Assembly: GCA_040954595.2 (NCBI GenBank) | Contig: CM082596.2 | Span: forward strand, 1,207,854 to 1,271,853 | Origin: Balanoglossus misakiensis | Lineage: Eukaryota > Animalia > Hemichordata | Direction of reading: 5' to 3' | Length of the DNA: 64,000 nt | Shown: in pieces, positions 41,801 to 56,800 of the stretch | Numbering within the stretch: position 1 is the stretch's first letter | Layout of the letters: each line of letters opens with the position of its first letter | The notes under the pieces: generated by a model | What the model saw: the letters and a program-made list of their open reading frames with translations, nothing else | Database searches by the model: none | What the model was told of the DNA's origin: nothing | Translations under genes and position numbers: made by a program

Positions 41801-44800
41801 CTGTTTCCACCTTAATTCATTAGTTCTACTATGTAGACAATGGCTAACATTGATTCTTACTTTCCAGTGTGGTTCCTTCCATGATTTGATCAAAGTTAGC
41901 GTAGGAATCCAGCTGGGTGACGGAATCCTGGGAATAATCCACTGGGATGTGTGGATCGATCATTCCTTCAATTCCTGGCAAGTTGGTTGCAGAGTTGGAG
42001 AACAGCAATTCTACCTTGGAGTAATCCGGAAACCGGGAATCTGTGTCCAAAAAGGAGAGAACAAATGCCATGAGGTGTAAATGTTTTTTCCATTTCTTTC
42101 TATCAAATTATTCTCAAGGTGACAGTACAGAGAGTAGCATGGCTTATTTTTCATCTGACAAGCCTATATGATCATTACAAATAAAGACATATTTTTACAT
42201 TGTATATACCAATTTCAGTGACTGGAAACAAGTGATGTACTGTAATTGAGACATATTTGATTCTCACCTTTGGAAGCATCATCTAGCTCATATTTGGTGA
42301 AGGCAAGCTGATACTGGGAGATGGCACAAGTGTGGAACTGACAACGGAAGATGACATCACGAGTACTGCTATGAGGGTTCTTATGGTAACAGATCACCTG
42401 AAGATGAAGAATCAGAAAGGAAGGGATCGTCATGCTCTGTTTCAACAATCTTTTCTTGGAAGTTTATATTTTAGAGTCACAATACACCGATACTTCTATG
42501 ATGAAATAATAAACGTGATACAATATGAAGATCGTTAAGAATGGAAATGGTTATCAAATGTTCCTCATGCTGTTTTTGAAAGCAAATGATTAAATGAACT
42601 GTAGACTCACCATAATATCCCCTCTCAGTTGAGGAGCTGGTTTGATGGGTACGGCTAAGCTGGACATGTTATTTGTTAAAGTACTGAAAAAGAAATCATG
42701 CTTATGTTTATTACATTTAAAAAACAATACATTAAACTTATTCTTTTCCAACTTCACCATTAAAACTACAGTAAGACAATCCATTAATCAACGAGAAATG
42801 AAAAAAATTATTCTACTCACTACACTCCTGAGGTATAGATAGGTTGCATGGATTGATAGACTTTGATGAACGGCCGACATCCTGCATTAAAAAGAAAGTA
42901 AGATTACAATTATCAAGATGCGTTGAAAAAAAAACAAAGTTAACACATCAATTCAGTCCCTGCGTTCAACAAATATACCTGTCCAGTGTTTTTGTTAACA
43001 TGACCGACTGGTACAAAGAAGCTGTTACAAGCTGACAAAGTTTATTGACCCAAAGTTGAGTGTCCATACTTACCTCCAATGCCATCAAAATTGGGGATTC
43101 CATGTAAAACAATGCAATGCAGAAACATTGGTGAGTGGTTGATCTGTATTGACCCAGACAACAAACCAGCAAAGTATTTCACGTATCGCATCTGGGAAGA
43201 CTCTGTCTTAGATGACAGATTCTGAACGAAATATCGTTCCATCGCAAATTTCTCTGGTGAATGGTTACCATTCCTGAATGGAAAAGAAAAGAAAAATTAA
43301 TGAATAAATTAAATATCAAACAGAGATTATATTATGGTTGTCCATTGTCCACGATATTTTGTTATGCTTTGTTTTGTTTGCAATGCATGTACTATAACAT
43401 GTTTCAATTTGTTTTGGTATGAAAACAATAAGATTTAACTTACAAAATTATTTCATTTGAAATCGCGACGATTTAGTAAGCTTTTAGTGCATTTCTTTTG
43501 CTTTAGACTGGGAGTATACAACATGGTTTGAAACACTTATGCTTTAACTCGATGATTTAACTCGATACAAGGTCCTGAAGTCAAGCTGTAGTTATCAATT
43601 TCGACGTGCTTCCAATGAAAAGTTTACGGTACTTCCAAATAAACACAGCAAAATACCACAAAAGAAGCAGTAAATTTATCCTTTCGCATTAAACGCTGGC
43701 GACAATGTTGAATTTATCGCCAACAAATTCCTGTTTTACGAAACCGGATTTGACATGCACAGACTAAGTTTCCCACGTCCAAAACTGGATCTTGGGAAGA
43801 CGGAAAGTTACATCACACCACAAACATTTCACAAACTTATTTCCCGGAGCTTCGGGCGTGTTCACAATCAGCTCTGATATCAAACAGATGTTAGTCTTTG
43901 AAGTCAAAAACCCCATCACAGTTCCACACCCATATTTTATCATTTTTACCATCAATTTTTTATACCCTCCATTAGAGTTCCTTGTCTTCGTACCCTCCCC
44001 CCCCCCCCTATTTCCATGTTACTTGTATTTCAGTCCATTCTTGGAGAGGGATGGATGGGTGATCTATGCCACAAATATACTTGACGTGAGTCATGCAGAC
44101 CAAAAAGTAAAACACCCTTTCCTGGTTGATGAACTCAATCACTTACCCATTACATATCTTTATGTATTCAATGTATGCAGACAGAACCACACCAAGTCTT
44201 CCGAGACCTCCCTGCAGAGACAAAAAATATCAAATAATGATTACTCGGTCGTGTTTTCAAACTTCCAAAACCACATCACTGTTCTCCAATATCAGATAAA
44301 TATCTATATTTATTTACTTGGTAGTATTGTTTTGCACAGTGATATCAAAACACGGCATGCCAAGTACTAAAGTTCAGCTGTTCAATATTTTATGTCATTT
44401 CAACTCAACAATACGAGAAACCTTAGAATGAGGAAACCTATTTGAGTTTCCCTCTTCATCTAAAATGGAATTTTGTACTGCAATATGCTTTTATCATCAG
44501 TGAGAAACCTTATCATTTTGGCAGGGAACTATGAAAAACAAAACATGTTACGACACACGTTTATACTAATTCAGTCATATGAATTAAACACATCGCATTA
44601 CGACCTCTGATAACATACCTTTGAATGTATAACTACAACATTCTGGTAGTCGGTTGAAAGCCATGATTCTATAGCTTTACAGATACTGCAAAGTTTTTCA
44701 AGAGGTGGGGAAAGACGCTCGGGCCAACCAATGTCCAAGACCTGTGGAATCAAGAAAATCAAAGATCAATGAAACCGTGAAAGTGTCCTGATCACAAACC

Positions 44801-47800
44801 ATCACAAATCAGTTTCTCGCTTGATCAATCTTGATTAAAAATCCTGGCCAAAAAAAGAACAACATACCTGACCATTCAACTTCAAAAGGTCGTATCTTTT
44901 CTCTGATAAGTTTATCACCAGATATTTCTCCTGATGTTTATTTCTCAAAATTCTTGTAACATCCTGCAAATTGCTCACGTAATGTGATTCCTGGCCGTTG
45001 GCTGGAAATGACATTACTGAAAAACAAACAAAAATATTAAATTCATCACGAAACTGAAAGTACCATTCAAGTTTATAGAGCTGAAACAATTTTACAACGT
45101 CATTACATACCTAAAATTTTTTCTGTAATATAAGTGAGTTGTAGCTGCATAGCTTCCTCCCCTCTGAGAAAAGAAAACAACGGAAAACTTTTAAGACGTG
45201 GACCACAATGAAATATGTGCCTTCTCTATGTGGCATATCATATGTGCCGTTGATTGCCAATTTTTTTACCAAGTCACTACTTACTTGGGGAGTCTTTGTT
45301 TTTGTTGAGACATGGTGTCTTTTTGTACACTTGGTTGTGTCTGAAGAAAAGACAAGAAACAGCAATCAGAAAATGTTAAATAATAGTTCGTAGAGGATTG
45401 ACTTTGTACTGTTGTACTTGTCAAACTTCAGATGGATGTAGGATCCACATTGTATCTGTCTGGTTAAAATAATGCTACTAATTGTGCTGCATACCCATAC
45501 ATACTAACTACAGACAAAATCTTACCGTTTTTAATGATCCATGTTTTGCAAGACCTTCGTTACTTGGCTATAATAAAAACAAAAGAGCAATATATGTAAA
45601 TGCATACGAAACATGTATAGCTGCCTTATCATTATACTTCATTCCTAAATGCTCAAAAATCATGTAGGGACTGCCTATAGCTCAACTTGACCGTGTGTGG
45701 AAGTATCCCTAATTACATTGGGCATGCAGGAATCTGGAATACTCAATTATACAACACAACACCAATGTACCTTTACATGGAAAAGCTCAATTTACACTCA
45801 ACAATACCCTCGGGTGGTGTAACGACCAGCAGAGAATTTCAGTAAAAGTCCTCAAATAAACCAACACAACAATAGTCAGCTACTTGAAAGTCACGGTTGG
45901 TGAGACTGAACAGGGTTTGTTTATGGTAGCTTTATCAGAAGTAGCATTAATGGAACTGTAATTAAAACTCATATGACCATGACCACAGTGTACAAACACA
46001 TAGATATCCTAAACACAAAAAAGAAATATCACAAATGCAAAGTTAAAAGCCGACGCGGTACAGACTGGTGATTTCTAAAAAGACTGCATCCAAGCTTCAA
46101 ACTATTTGAAAAGTTTTGAAACTCGCTTTTCATTTTTCTTCTCAATCTCTTTCACTAACATTTCTGATGATAAAGAAATGTCTCTCTGTGTAGACTTGCT
46201 CACTGGTGATTTCAATCCACTTTTTGTGATAGCAAACTTGATATCAGAGCAGCGCATGTCTGGGTCCTGAACTCTGTATCACCAAGAAATATGCCTGGAG
46301 TTTGTAATGACTGCCGTCTGCTGACAGGGTTGCCGTAGAGATGTTCCAGCAGTGAGTGTTTCATGTAATGCCGAGGGGCAGGCTATGAAATGGGAATCAT
46401 GGAAGGCCAACGGAAGACTTCAGAATCCTTGGGATCCTGTCTCGGATGTGACATGCCAAACACAATTTTCCCACCGAATACTCAGAAATCTCACCATAAA
46501 TTCTCCCCTTTTTTCACCTGAGTATAAACAACATCACTATTGGTCACTCACCTGCACATGTACGGACATTTCTCCCCCACCACCTGAGAAAACAGAGCGA
46601 GTGTCTCTGAACACCCAACCTAAACTTTGTACCTTTCCCCGACGCGTATTCAGTGAGTAGAGCGAGGTCAAGTTACTAATTATTGATTTGGGTGAAACAT
46701 TACCCTTGCAGCAACACTTTCCAAGTTCTGCAAGAATGAAAGCGCTTTGTGTACAGAGGCAGATTTAGTGTTCTAACATGGGCTAACTCTGAACCGTTGG
46801 GTGTTGACAGACCCGTCTGGTGTGTTACCCTGTAGTGCGACACCCATGACCCTAGCAAACTTCAAAGTATATAGATGGAGCATTATACGCCTCATTTCAG
46901 ATTCACAGGGCATGTGGAAAATATCATGATTGACTGCAAAATTGGATTTTTAAAACTTGTGCCATGACCTAGATATAGTGAAAGCACACCTTAGAGACTC
47001 AACTTTGAAAGGTCAAATTACCGTTTGACAGACAGGTGTTTTTTTCACTCTTGCTTGGCTTGGCTTTACTGGCTCACTAAACCATGAATGAAAAGATTAG
47101 TGTTTGGTGATTTAGCTTAATCTAATTCCTGACTGTTATTCAATCGCCAATCACAGCTGCTACCACTCTTACCCTTTTACTTGAGCCATTTTATCACTCA
47201 TACGATCAGGCAATTGAGAATAAAACTAAAATTGCTTTCTAATTATAACTTTATCATAGCTAAACCAACTTGGATAGTTTCACAAGTCACTGATTTTAGA
47301 TTATTTGCTAACATGCCAGGAAACTTTCTCCTAAATCTGCCAGTGCACAATATACTCACATCATCTTACGTCAAACTCTAAAAGCAATAATGATCTAGCT
47401 GAGCTACTTGCCCCATAGGGAGTGTCACCGTTCCTCAATGTGAACTAGAAGTTGAACTCAGGCCTTACATACCAATACCAACATCCCTGATACTCATCCG
47501 AACCATCAAATAGAACCTACCCACACCAGAAGTCAGTGACAAAAAGTTGACATTTTTGCACAGTTGATAACACGGATAGACAAGCACTTCAAAGAGCATT
47601 GTGGTTGCCCCATGAAATCAAAACAAACAGGACACAACCCTAGAGTCCCACAGCATACCCCTTGACAAAAATTCACCAAATTCCTTCCTGAACCTTGACT
47701 CATGGATCGGTATTTCCAAATGGCAAATAACAAGGTTGGGACAACAATTCGAGATTACATACATGCCTTTCTGAAAATCATCATTGAAATTGCAGTCTCT

Positions 47801-50800
47801 GGTACTCACTGAGGCCAATTGCCCACTCATGAAAAGAAAATTTGTAGTTTGCAAGTAAATTCCCTGTACTGATAATTTATGGCTCAAATGAGTTTACAGT
47901 GATGTCAAAGGATGTTAAACATGAATTCATCATCATATAATCTGACTTTTACACAGACAAACACTGCATTCCACGGGACAGCTGATTCAGTTGTAACTCA
48001 GTTCTGACAACTGGTCAGACCGTGACAAGATTTGTCAGTCATTAATAATCACACTTTACTTTGCATTTTACCATGATTTTCCTGAGTTGCTAGGGTTCAC
48101 TTTAACAAATATGAATTCTCTAGTTATCTATCAAAACAGCCAACCAGATGGTTGAATCAATCTTTTAATTAAGATTCTTTGATATAGCGTGAAGAAATTT
48201 GCTAAATTTGGCCCAATATGTAGGTCAGGAGATGTCCGGACACGAAACTAGATAGCTTCCATGATAGCCTTGAGATAACAGATACAATCCAAGGTCAGGT
48301 TGATGTATGAAGGGGATAAACATCTAGGTCGAGCTCCAAACAAAGTGGTGGATGTTGTACCACATTTTGACAGAGAAAATATTGCATTCAAAGGGTTAAG
48401 TGTTGAGGTTATTGCAGGTCATACAGATACTTAAGGTCAGTGCCATCTCTCAACAGCTGCATTGACCTTTAACATTCACCTTGGGCCATAAATATTTTAT
48501 ATTATGTACTTGGAAATTAAAAAGTGATGAGAAACTGTCAAAATTAAGAGAGGTATCACTTTATATCCAGAGAATTTTTTGTGGATCGATGATATGAGCG
48601 TGGTTTCCTTCATCTTCTGAGAATGAAATCTGTTTGGTGCCAATTTTCCTCTCTGCTGATCAGATGGATTGATACAACCCTCAAGTTCCAGGAGATTGAC
48701 CCATGACCTCGCTAAGGTCATCACTGGACTTGAACTGTCAGTCAACATGATGCATGTCACTCCAGAGAGTAGGGCAATGCTTGGAAATGTGACTGTTCTA
48801 TGGAGTGAAGTTTATCTGAGGACTACTTTGTGTACACAAAGAACTTTACAGCAAACTATCGATTTCAGCTATGTGTCAACAGATAAATTTCGAGCAGAAA
48901 CCTTTGATGGTCTATACTTACCAATTCGTAATTCTTTGGCGGTGTACAGGTAGTCATTACCTGGAGGGTAGAAAGAAAAAATATAAACTTTGTTGATCAA
49001 TAAAGAATATAATTAAAATCAACCAGCGAATTGAATCTTGCAACACATAAACAATGTCAACTTGAAATCAAATTGTCATTAAACTGTTCAGAGGCCTTTC
49101 AAAAGTGTAAAGATTCTTTCCCACAATGCAATAATGTTGATGGACTTCACTGCATGTTGCCATTTGATATTGATATCAAGTTTTCATGAGCAATAAAAAG
49201 ACAGAATAACTCTACGTAAAGACATATTATCATAGGAATTATTACGAGCCTTGCATCTCCAATCTGGAACAACTATTATCAGATACATATCCTGGTAGAA
49301 AGGAACTATGGGATATGTGAGGTTGGCAGTGCATTTTTAGTTTCACCTGCTTTTTCATGATTTGATAGTGTGACCCTTCAGCTGCTGTTTATTGCGAGAA
49401 CTCGAGGGCACAAAACATTCATAACAAGCTCATAATTTTCCTGCAATTTGACATAAATATAGTTCTCCTGTCTGCAAAGACCTCAGAATAACTTCTGCAC
49501 CTGTCAGAGCTCGGAGAAGAAGGTCAGAAAGTTGCAATCCTACATGACAATCTCTGTTTTTTACTCTCCTTCAATTGCATTTGTAGAGGTTTGAACATTG
49601 CCACAGGCAGTGTTATCAATCAAAATGTCTGACCCAGCTCAGACAAGACATCGTCAGATTCTTGCAAACAGCTGACAGAGAGCACTACACCAATGATTGA
49701 CGACTCCAAGGGACTATGCTGCCAGGGTTAAAGTTTTAATGCCCATGTGGTTACTTTTTATAACTTTGGCAGTCAGGGACGACTGCTAGAGACCTCTAAA
49801 AGTTGGAATGTTTACTTCTTTTGTAACATGTAAAACTTTTGCAGTTCGAACCAAACTGTCTCTGTGAACTCAATAATATTTACTGTGTCAAGACAATAAC
49901 ATGATAAATTGGATATTTTTATGCCATGATTGTGTGTGGTCATCAGTGTATTTATGATGTCTGTTGTCCAAGGAACTCATATCAAATAATAGTACATAAT
50001 CTGTCATGCTAAAGACTTGTGATCATAGCAAAGAAAACTTACAAGTGAGTAACAGAGAAATTCATAAAAGTTTTAATAGTCGAAACTGATGAAGGACATA
50101 CATGTATATTCAAGAGAAAAATATACAACCAGATGGTAAAGTTAACTGTGGGCTGCCAGACATATTTATCAGAGACTTTGAAAAGAGTAATCTGAGTGGG
50201 TGATGAGGCCATATGGAAGGTAGCAAGACTCTACAACTGAGCTGCATAGGGATCTACTAAACAGAGACATATAAGGAGTAAGCTATGCTATAAGCAGCAT
50301 TCTTGAGATACCGTGGATGGTTACACTTGGACTCAGCTTGTGACGTACTTTGTTTGCACAGAAACAAACGTCCATTCACCAACTGAAAATATCAGTCTGC
50401 TTTCTTTTATTTGTATACACTGAACATAGCTTCAAACTGGTGTATCTCGTGGGAGGTGATATTTATAATTTGCTGGTGAAAAGGATTTCTAAATTTGGTA
50501 GTAGGGGAGATTCCTTCGCAAGTCACCTGTATCAAACAAGACCATCCTGCCCACTGCAATTGAGCAAGAACACTAACCTCTATGGTAATGCTGCATGGTG
50601 ATTTATAGGGTGCAATCACATGAAGAGTTAAAAGTATTTGGAGTTAACAACTGAATCTATACTTTTGGTATTCTCTGTGACAAGATGGAGATGCGACTGT
50701 TACAATAACAACTTTATTTGCATACAGTCACAGATGTCGCTGTATATTCATAATTCTCAAATATCAATAATGTCAATAAATAAACTACAAGACCTTGTCT

Positions 50801-53800
50801 GCAGAAAGTGTTCTGCTCGTGATGTATCAATTATAGATTTCATGGTAGAGCTAGAAATGCCACGAATGTGCGACTGCACATCTGTGATATTAATAATGAT
50901 TGAGTTTCAGTCGCAGGAATGAATTATCTCATAAATTGACACTCTTTCGATGGAAAGATGAGACAAGACACAGACACTGCACTATTTCTGTTCAAGTTTA
51001 CCATATAATTTTTCAAACATTTTTGAATGAGAAAGATATACCATCTATGTTTATGTTCTTGAGCCTGTTGATCATTAGACTAACATTCAGCAAAATGTCC
51101 TCCAGTTGGACCCAGAGAGAGATTAATATGTGAACTTATGATCTTCAAGTGACATGTTAATGCATCCCATGGCTTGGTATAATTAGAACTGGAACAGTAT
51201 ATGCACAAAGCTTTCAACACTTATTTATCAGTGGTTAATTACATTTCACACTGGAACAACCAACTAGCCACCAGGAAACGAGTTGAAGGAACAGTACCTG
51301 TAGCTTTGGTATTTAAAAAGTCTCACTGTAATTTAACTGTCCGCAATATAAGGACGTTAAACATAACCTGTCCATATTGATAACCAAATGCTGAAAAGCT
51401 ACAAAACTTAACCTGTAAGTTTTGTCTTTATGAACAACATTTAATCAACACAATTGTTACTATGCTTGGAAACAACTCTCCTCTCTCTCTCCCCACTTGA
51501 AATCAGTAGTTAACATACAATGCAAAACACTTACATCTAAGACCCCGTGACTTAAGGTGAACTTTTTGTCCTACCTGTTCAGCCACTCCACAAAGAAATT
51601 TCTCAACAAAGAAGATCGATCGTCAGATCTTCAGCAAAAGTCCACACACAGATTTGGTTTTCTCTCAACCAAAGGAAGGGATCCTGCCCATACCAACTAA
51701 GGTTATATTCCTTCAACTTCGCTATTTCAACCATGTAATTCTCTGCCCAATGTGTCTTGCAAAAGCGAACATGTCATAGTACAGTTCAGACAAGAACTGA
51801 ATACAGAAACTCACTACACCGAGTGAACGCCAGTCTTATTTTATAAAAAGAAAAAGGTTAACAATAGTGACAACAGCCTCAAATGACCTGTCTGTGACCT
51901 TGTACTTTTCAATCCACATTCTTCTACCGAGGATGGCCCATGGAGTATTGTAAACTCAAACTGCCAGGATATATGACTGTTGTAGCTCTAGCGACATATT
52001 ATTCACTTAATGGACACTTTTGTTCAACTTTGTGATGACTAACAATACATGTACATGCAAACTCTTGGAGTATTACCTGAAGGCACTAGTCCATCCATTT
52101 ATTCCAACTGATAAACGCTAACACTGGAATAATAAACACAACTCTAAAGAAGTTGAACCAGGTACTTGAGACATATTTTCATATGATTTTAACCCTGAAA
52201 TCCATATTAAGTCTAATTGGTTTTGATAAGATAATGGCGTTTTGTGTAAATGACAGACATCAACAGTAAAAACATACACAATCCCATGGACTCATCAGTT
52301 GTTTCATGTGTCATATTGAACTGAAATCCTAACTTGAAATCCAGTTCCATCAAGAACAATACTGATTTCCACTAGCATACTTGTGTGAATCACTTGGTAG
52401 ATATGTCAAATAATAGGGCCAAATATAAAATACTGTTGCTCCAGATTAAATAGATCTGATTCTTAAAAATACATGGCCTTGGAGACAACTGTATCTAATT
52501 GGGCAAAACTAACAACTGATAAAGTTTTTATTTCAGTTGAGAAAACTATTGACTACCTTTGTTAAACTTGGTACAAAATTCAGCTGCAGTTCTTGAGGTT
52601 TTAATGACAGATGCAGCAACAATGTTTTGGTCCAAAGCCAGCAAGTCCAAAACCATGCATATGTCTGAAAATAAGGACCACCAACCAACTGCGGAGGATG
52701 AACGCTTAGATCACTTCCTGTATAGGTCTATACCCGGTTGATCTACATGTTATGAGATATGCCTCCAATTAAACTGAGGTCAGATAATACACAGTGAAAA
52801 TATACAGGCTTTTTAATAAATTCGAAAACTTTAGAAAAAAACTCAACCACTGCTGTAACAGTCTCTTTCACATTATAGTCTGGCAATTAAAAGTTACTTA
52901 TTGTTGTTATTTTGCTACCGCGGTAAATGGTTTTCCATGGTATTGTTTGGAAAATAACTCTTCTGTTCTGGTTATGAAGTTAATTCTGGATTGACATGTA
53001 TGACCTATGTCACCCAAGTGGCCGTTTCAAAATAAGAATTTTGAATAAACAAAACAAGTTGGAGCACTGAAGATCAGAAGTCCCTGAGTTTGTTGTGATT
53101 TCAGCTAGACACATCTGGTTATCAGATGTAAAGAATTCCGCATCATTTCGCATTGATGAGCCGACAGCGTAATTTTATCATTCAACCATGAATTCATGAG
53201 CGACTGAAATCCCTTCAAAACACAGAACCTGACATCTGCATGTATGTGTGACACTGGAAACTAGCTTTCAGAAATCTCCCCTTCACAACCGATGTCAAAA
53301 ATCTCACATCAGAAAGTTAATACACGATAAAACTCCATTAAACTTCAACGTACATCACAGCTAGTCCTGTTCTACTGTTAGATAGACATGTACATACCTT
53401 GTAAAAGTTTTCTTCGTTTCTTCACAAAAAAAGTTTCTGAGCAGACTTAAAGAACACAAGCGACAAGACGGCTTTAAAACATAATCCTCCTACTTCTTTG
53501 GGTCACATCTATTAATTGTGGTTGATTTTCAACAGAGAAACTCTATCCAACTAGATCATCCTTAACTGGCTACAGCAGACTAGGTACTAAAAACTCCACA
53601 AGAGTCCAAACCACACACAAGCATCGAACTGAGGTCCCAGTCTCTGTCGCTGATCTTTTTACTCATAGATCAGTCAGGCGGGGTAAACAGCTGACGTAGA
53701 AAATCCTACGCTGTAAAAACACAGGAAGGGCCCACGGAAGGAGATTTTTTTCCCGGAGAAACGCCGCAGAAGTTTTTTGCCCTGACTGAAAGTCAATCCT

Positions 53801-56800
53801 TGTGAGTGTCCTAGATGGCAAGGTGAAGTCAAGAGGCCCAGATCAAGGAAGGAAGACAACTGGCCAGGATATTCCGGGATAGCCTTGTCCTTGGAATGTT
53901 GGGACTTGACGACAGCTGGCAAATGGATTAAGTGAACTTCAGGCAAGGGCGCTTTGTGTGTGTTTACCACTTTCTTGATTAATTATGAAAATTTATTAAC
54001 ATGAGTTGTCACTTTCTTGAGTGATTCAAAACGTGAGTCATGAGACATATCTGAGGTGGGTTGGTGCTGTACTACCTACGCTGTGATTAGAATGTTCCTG
54101 AACACTCTCGCTATGTGGACACAGACACCACGGAAATGCCCATCCCGGTCATTCAATTCTTCGGGACAGTTAAAAACCAACTACACTTTTAACCTTTACG
54201 TCACAGTGGATGTGTGTAGTACAAGTTTATAAAACTTAACGAGAAACTCAAGAAATGATATCCACTCATGAAATAACCACACGTCATCAGCATTTCAAAC
54301 TAAACTCATATCATCTTCAAGTCACACTCATACAATAAGAAGTTACCTCTCCCCTTTCAATGTAGCCAGCCACTTACCCTAAAAGTCTCCTTCAATAAGA
54401 ACAAAATGATGATTTTTTTCACATCTGGTGAAACAGATTCTTTTATATTAAAGTAGTGATAAAGTGCCCACCAAAAACGCCAGCCTATACTTTATCACCC
54501 AATGGGTTATCTAAGGTGACCGTTTACACAGTAATTACTTCAGCTTCACTGCTAAAAATACCAATCACAGCCTGCAAAGATGTTCTGGAAATAGTTGATG
54601 TGTAGCCACTAAATTTAGAATTTCTTCAGTTTCAATCAGAGCATGCATGTAAGGTAATATGAACTCCCCCTAGGAGGTATGACCCAAACGTAATAGGCAA
54701 GCCAATTGAAATGGGTCAAGATTGTCCTAATCTGTGATCAATCAAGATTGCTGAAAAATTCACATTTACAGAATCATAATTCACAGTCATATGTCTGAAA
54801 GGAATTTTGATTCTTCAGCAATTTATGTGGATAGACACCATGTATGAGTCACTTTTAAGAATCTGCCATCACTCTGACTGTTGATTGGTCAATTCTTTTA
54901 GTCATTTTCATATCTACTTGTTGATTGGTCAGTTCAAATGTTTTATAGGTACAATGTAGGTGAACCAATCATATTTCTCTCTTCTGAAGTTGCATTGTAA
55001 AACTATGTTCATCTATGGATGACCAGGTAAAAAAGTAGTTTTTCAACCTCAAGCTGCATGTACGTTTAATGTATTAACTCAGAATTCTGAGTAGGAATTA
55101 CTTTATGTGCAAACTGATCACAAAAATGCTGAGTTGGTGTTTGGATATCAAAATTAGACTGCTACACATGTTGCAAAAATGTTTTCATGACTAACATCTA
55201 TAAAAACTTTGAAATATCTTCCAACCTTGACTTTTGTCACTTTAACTGTCCGCCTGTGCATCCTTATCCTGTCAACACGACAGACCAGTTGTTGGAAGAA
55301 GATTCTCCAAAAAAGTCAAAGGTTGGCATCTGTACTTACCACCAGTTGTAGCAAAGGTTATTGACACGCAAGTCCAGGACGGCCAGGACCGCAAATGGCG
55401 GCGACGGAGACAAATTATCTATTCAAATAGAATCACGTTCAGACTCTCTCGTAAAACCAGCCTGATGAGTGATACAGAGCAGTCGAGATTCTGATGCCAG
55501 AGTACAATCGAAGAAAAAAACCGTCTCTGATTACAGGATGGTTGAAGTATTCCCGGTATGTTGGCGCAGTAATGAGTTGGCCGAGAAATTGTTTGACCTC
55601 AACAGCAACCAGGCAGACCCATTACCAGTGTGTTACAGAGTATATATCAACAGTACCAACAGAGAAGTCACACTTTTTTAATCTGTATGCAGTCAAAATT
55701 TGATTAATAGCTTCTGGTCCAACCCACCTTTCACACTTTCAGAAATTTTCAGTTGGCCAAAAATGGCCGATCTAACTGTGAAGCAGAGAAAAAAGGCATC
55801 CAGCTCAGACAGTTCTCAAAACCTGCATTATTGTTTTCACTACCTTGACTTTTAGCGACTGATTGACATCTTGGTCAAGTGATGACTTGACATCTTTCAA
55901 CACCAAACTTGACAGAAATTGTTGCCACCACAGTCTGTTTTTCAACACATGTCATGTGTAAGGTAGGCAGAAAAGTTTCACATTTCTCCTACAAGGAGGT
56001 CTTGAATCCTGTGAAGTTAATTTCCCGCTTTCTGAAATGTTAGAATCATTGACAGCTGCAAAGTATTATGATTTTGTTGATGAAACAGAAAGATGTAATT
56101 GTGGTTTGACATCGTAATTTGCTTCAATTGAGAACACATATGCTTGTCAGAAATGCAATCAAGTCACTTCTCAGTAGAGCCACTAAATTCAGACACACTC
56201 CTCAGAGTTTAAGAAGGAATTTATCAGGGCAATTCCATCACCACACCTGGTCTAAGATTGTTTCCAAGTAACCATATTCAACAGTCAGTTTACAAGTCTC
56301 TATTTTATAAAACAACAACTGCATTCTGGTAATGAAGGCATCATTGCTCAAAAACAGACTACAGGTCAGTCTTCTCTAAATTTCTTCCAAAACTATTTCC
56401 ACAACCGCTTATCAGATGCCAAATTATGATGTGATTAAACGATACCGCCCACAGAAATCAAATACATCCCAAAGCTCCCTGTTCATATCCCTGAAGACAA
56501 ACCACATTTCACAAACTGACGCAGACCGGCATACCAAGACCTGTCCGATCAGGTATCTTCACAAATATCCTACAAATTTCAACAAAGCAGCCAACTTTGA
56601 AGTTCAGAAGGAAGAATAACAAGCTTCTGGTTTTTAAAATCATAAACTGAGCCAGGTTTTCCAGAGAAGAAAAACACAGTCGTTGTTTTACACCAGCGTA
56701 AAGGATTAGACAAGTTGGTAGCTGACTTACACCTCCAGTTGAACTATTCATTCCCTTCCAATATAAATTACCACAAACCAATGTTTTCATTGTTTATTGA

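Noticed and set aside
43792-44370. 192-aa plus-strand ORF
   Set aside because: Lies antisense across a tensin exon and introns, has a non-ATG start and no recognisable motif.
54456-54498. 10-bp inverted repeat GTGATAAAGT/ACTTTATCAC (paired GATA sites)
   Set aside because: Could be an enhancer motif pair, but it is short enough to be chance and has no other support.
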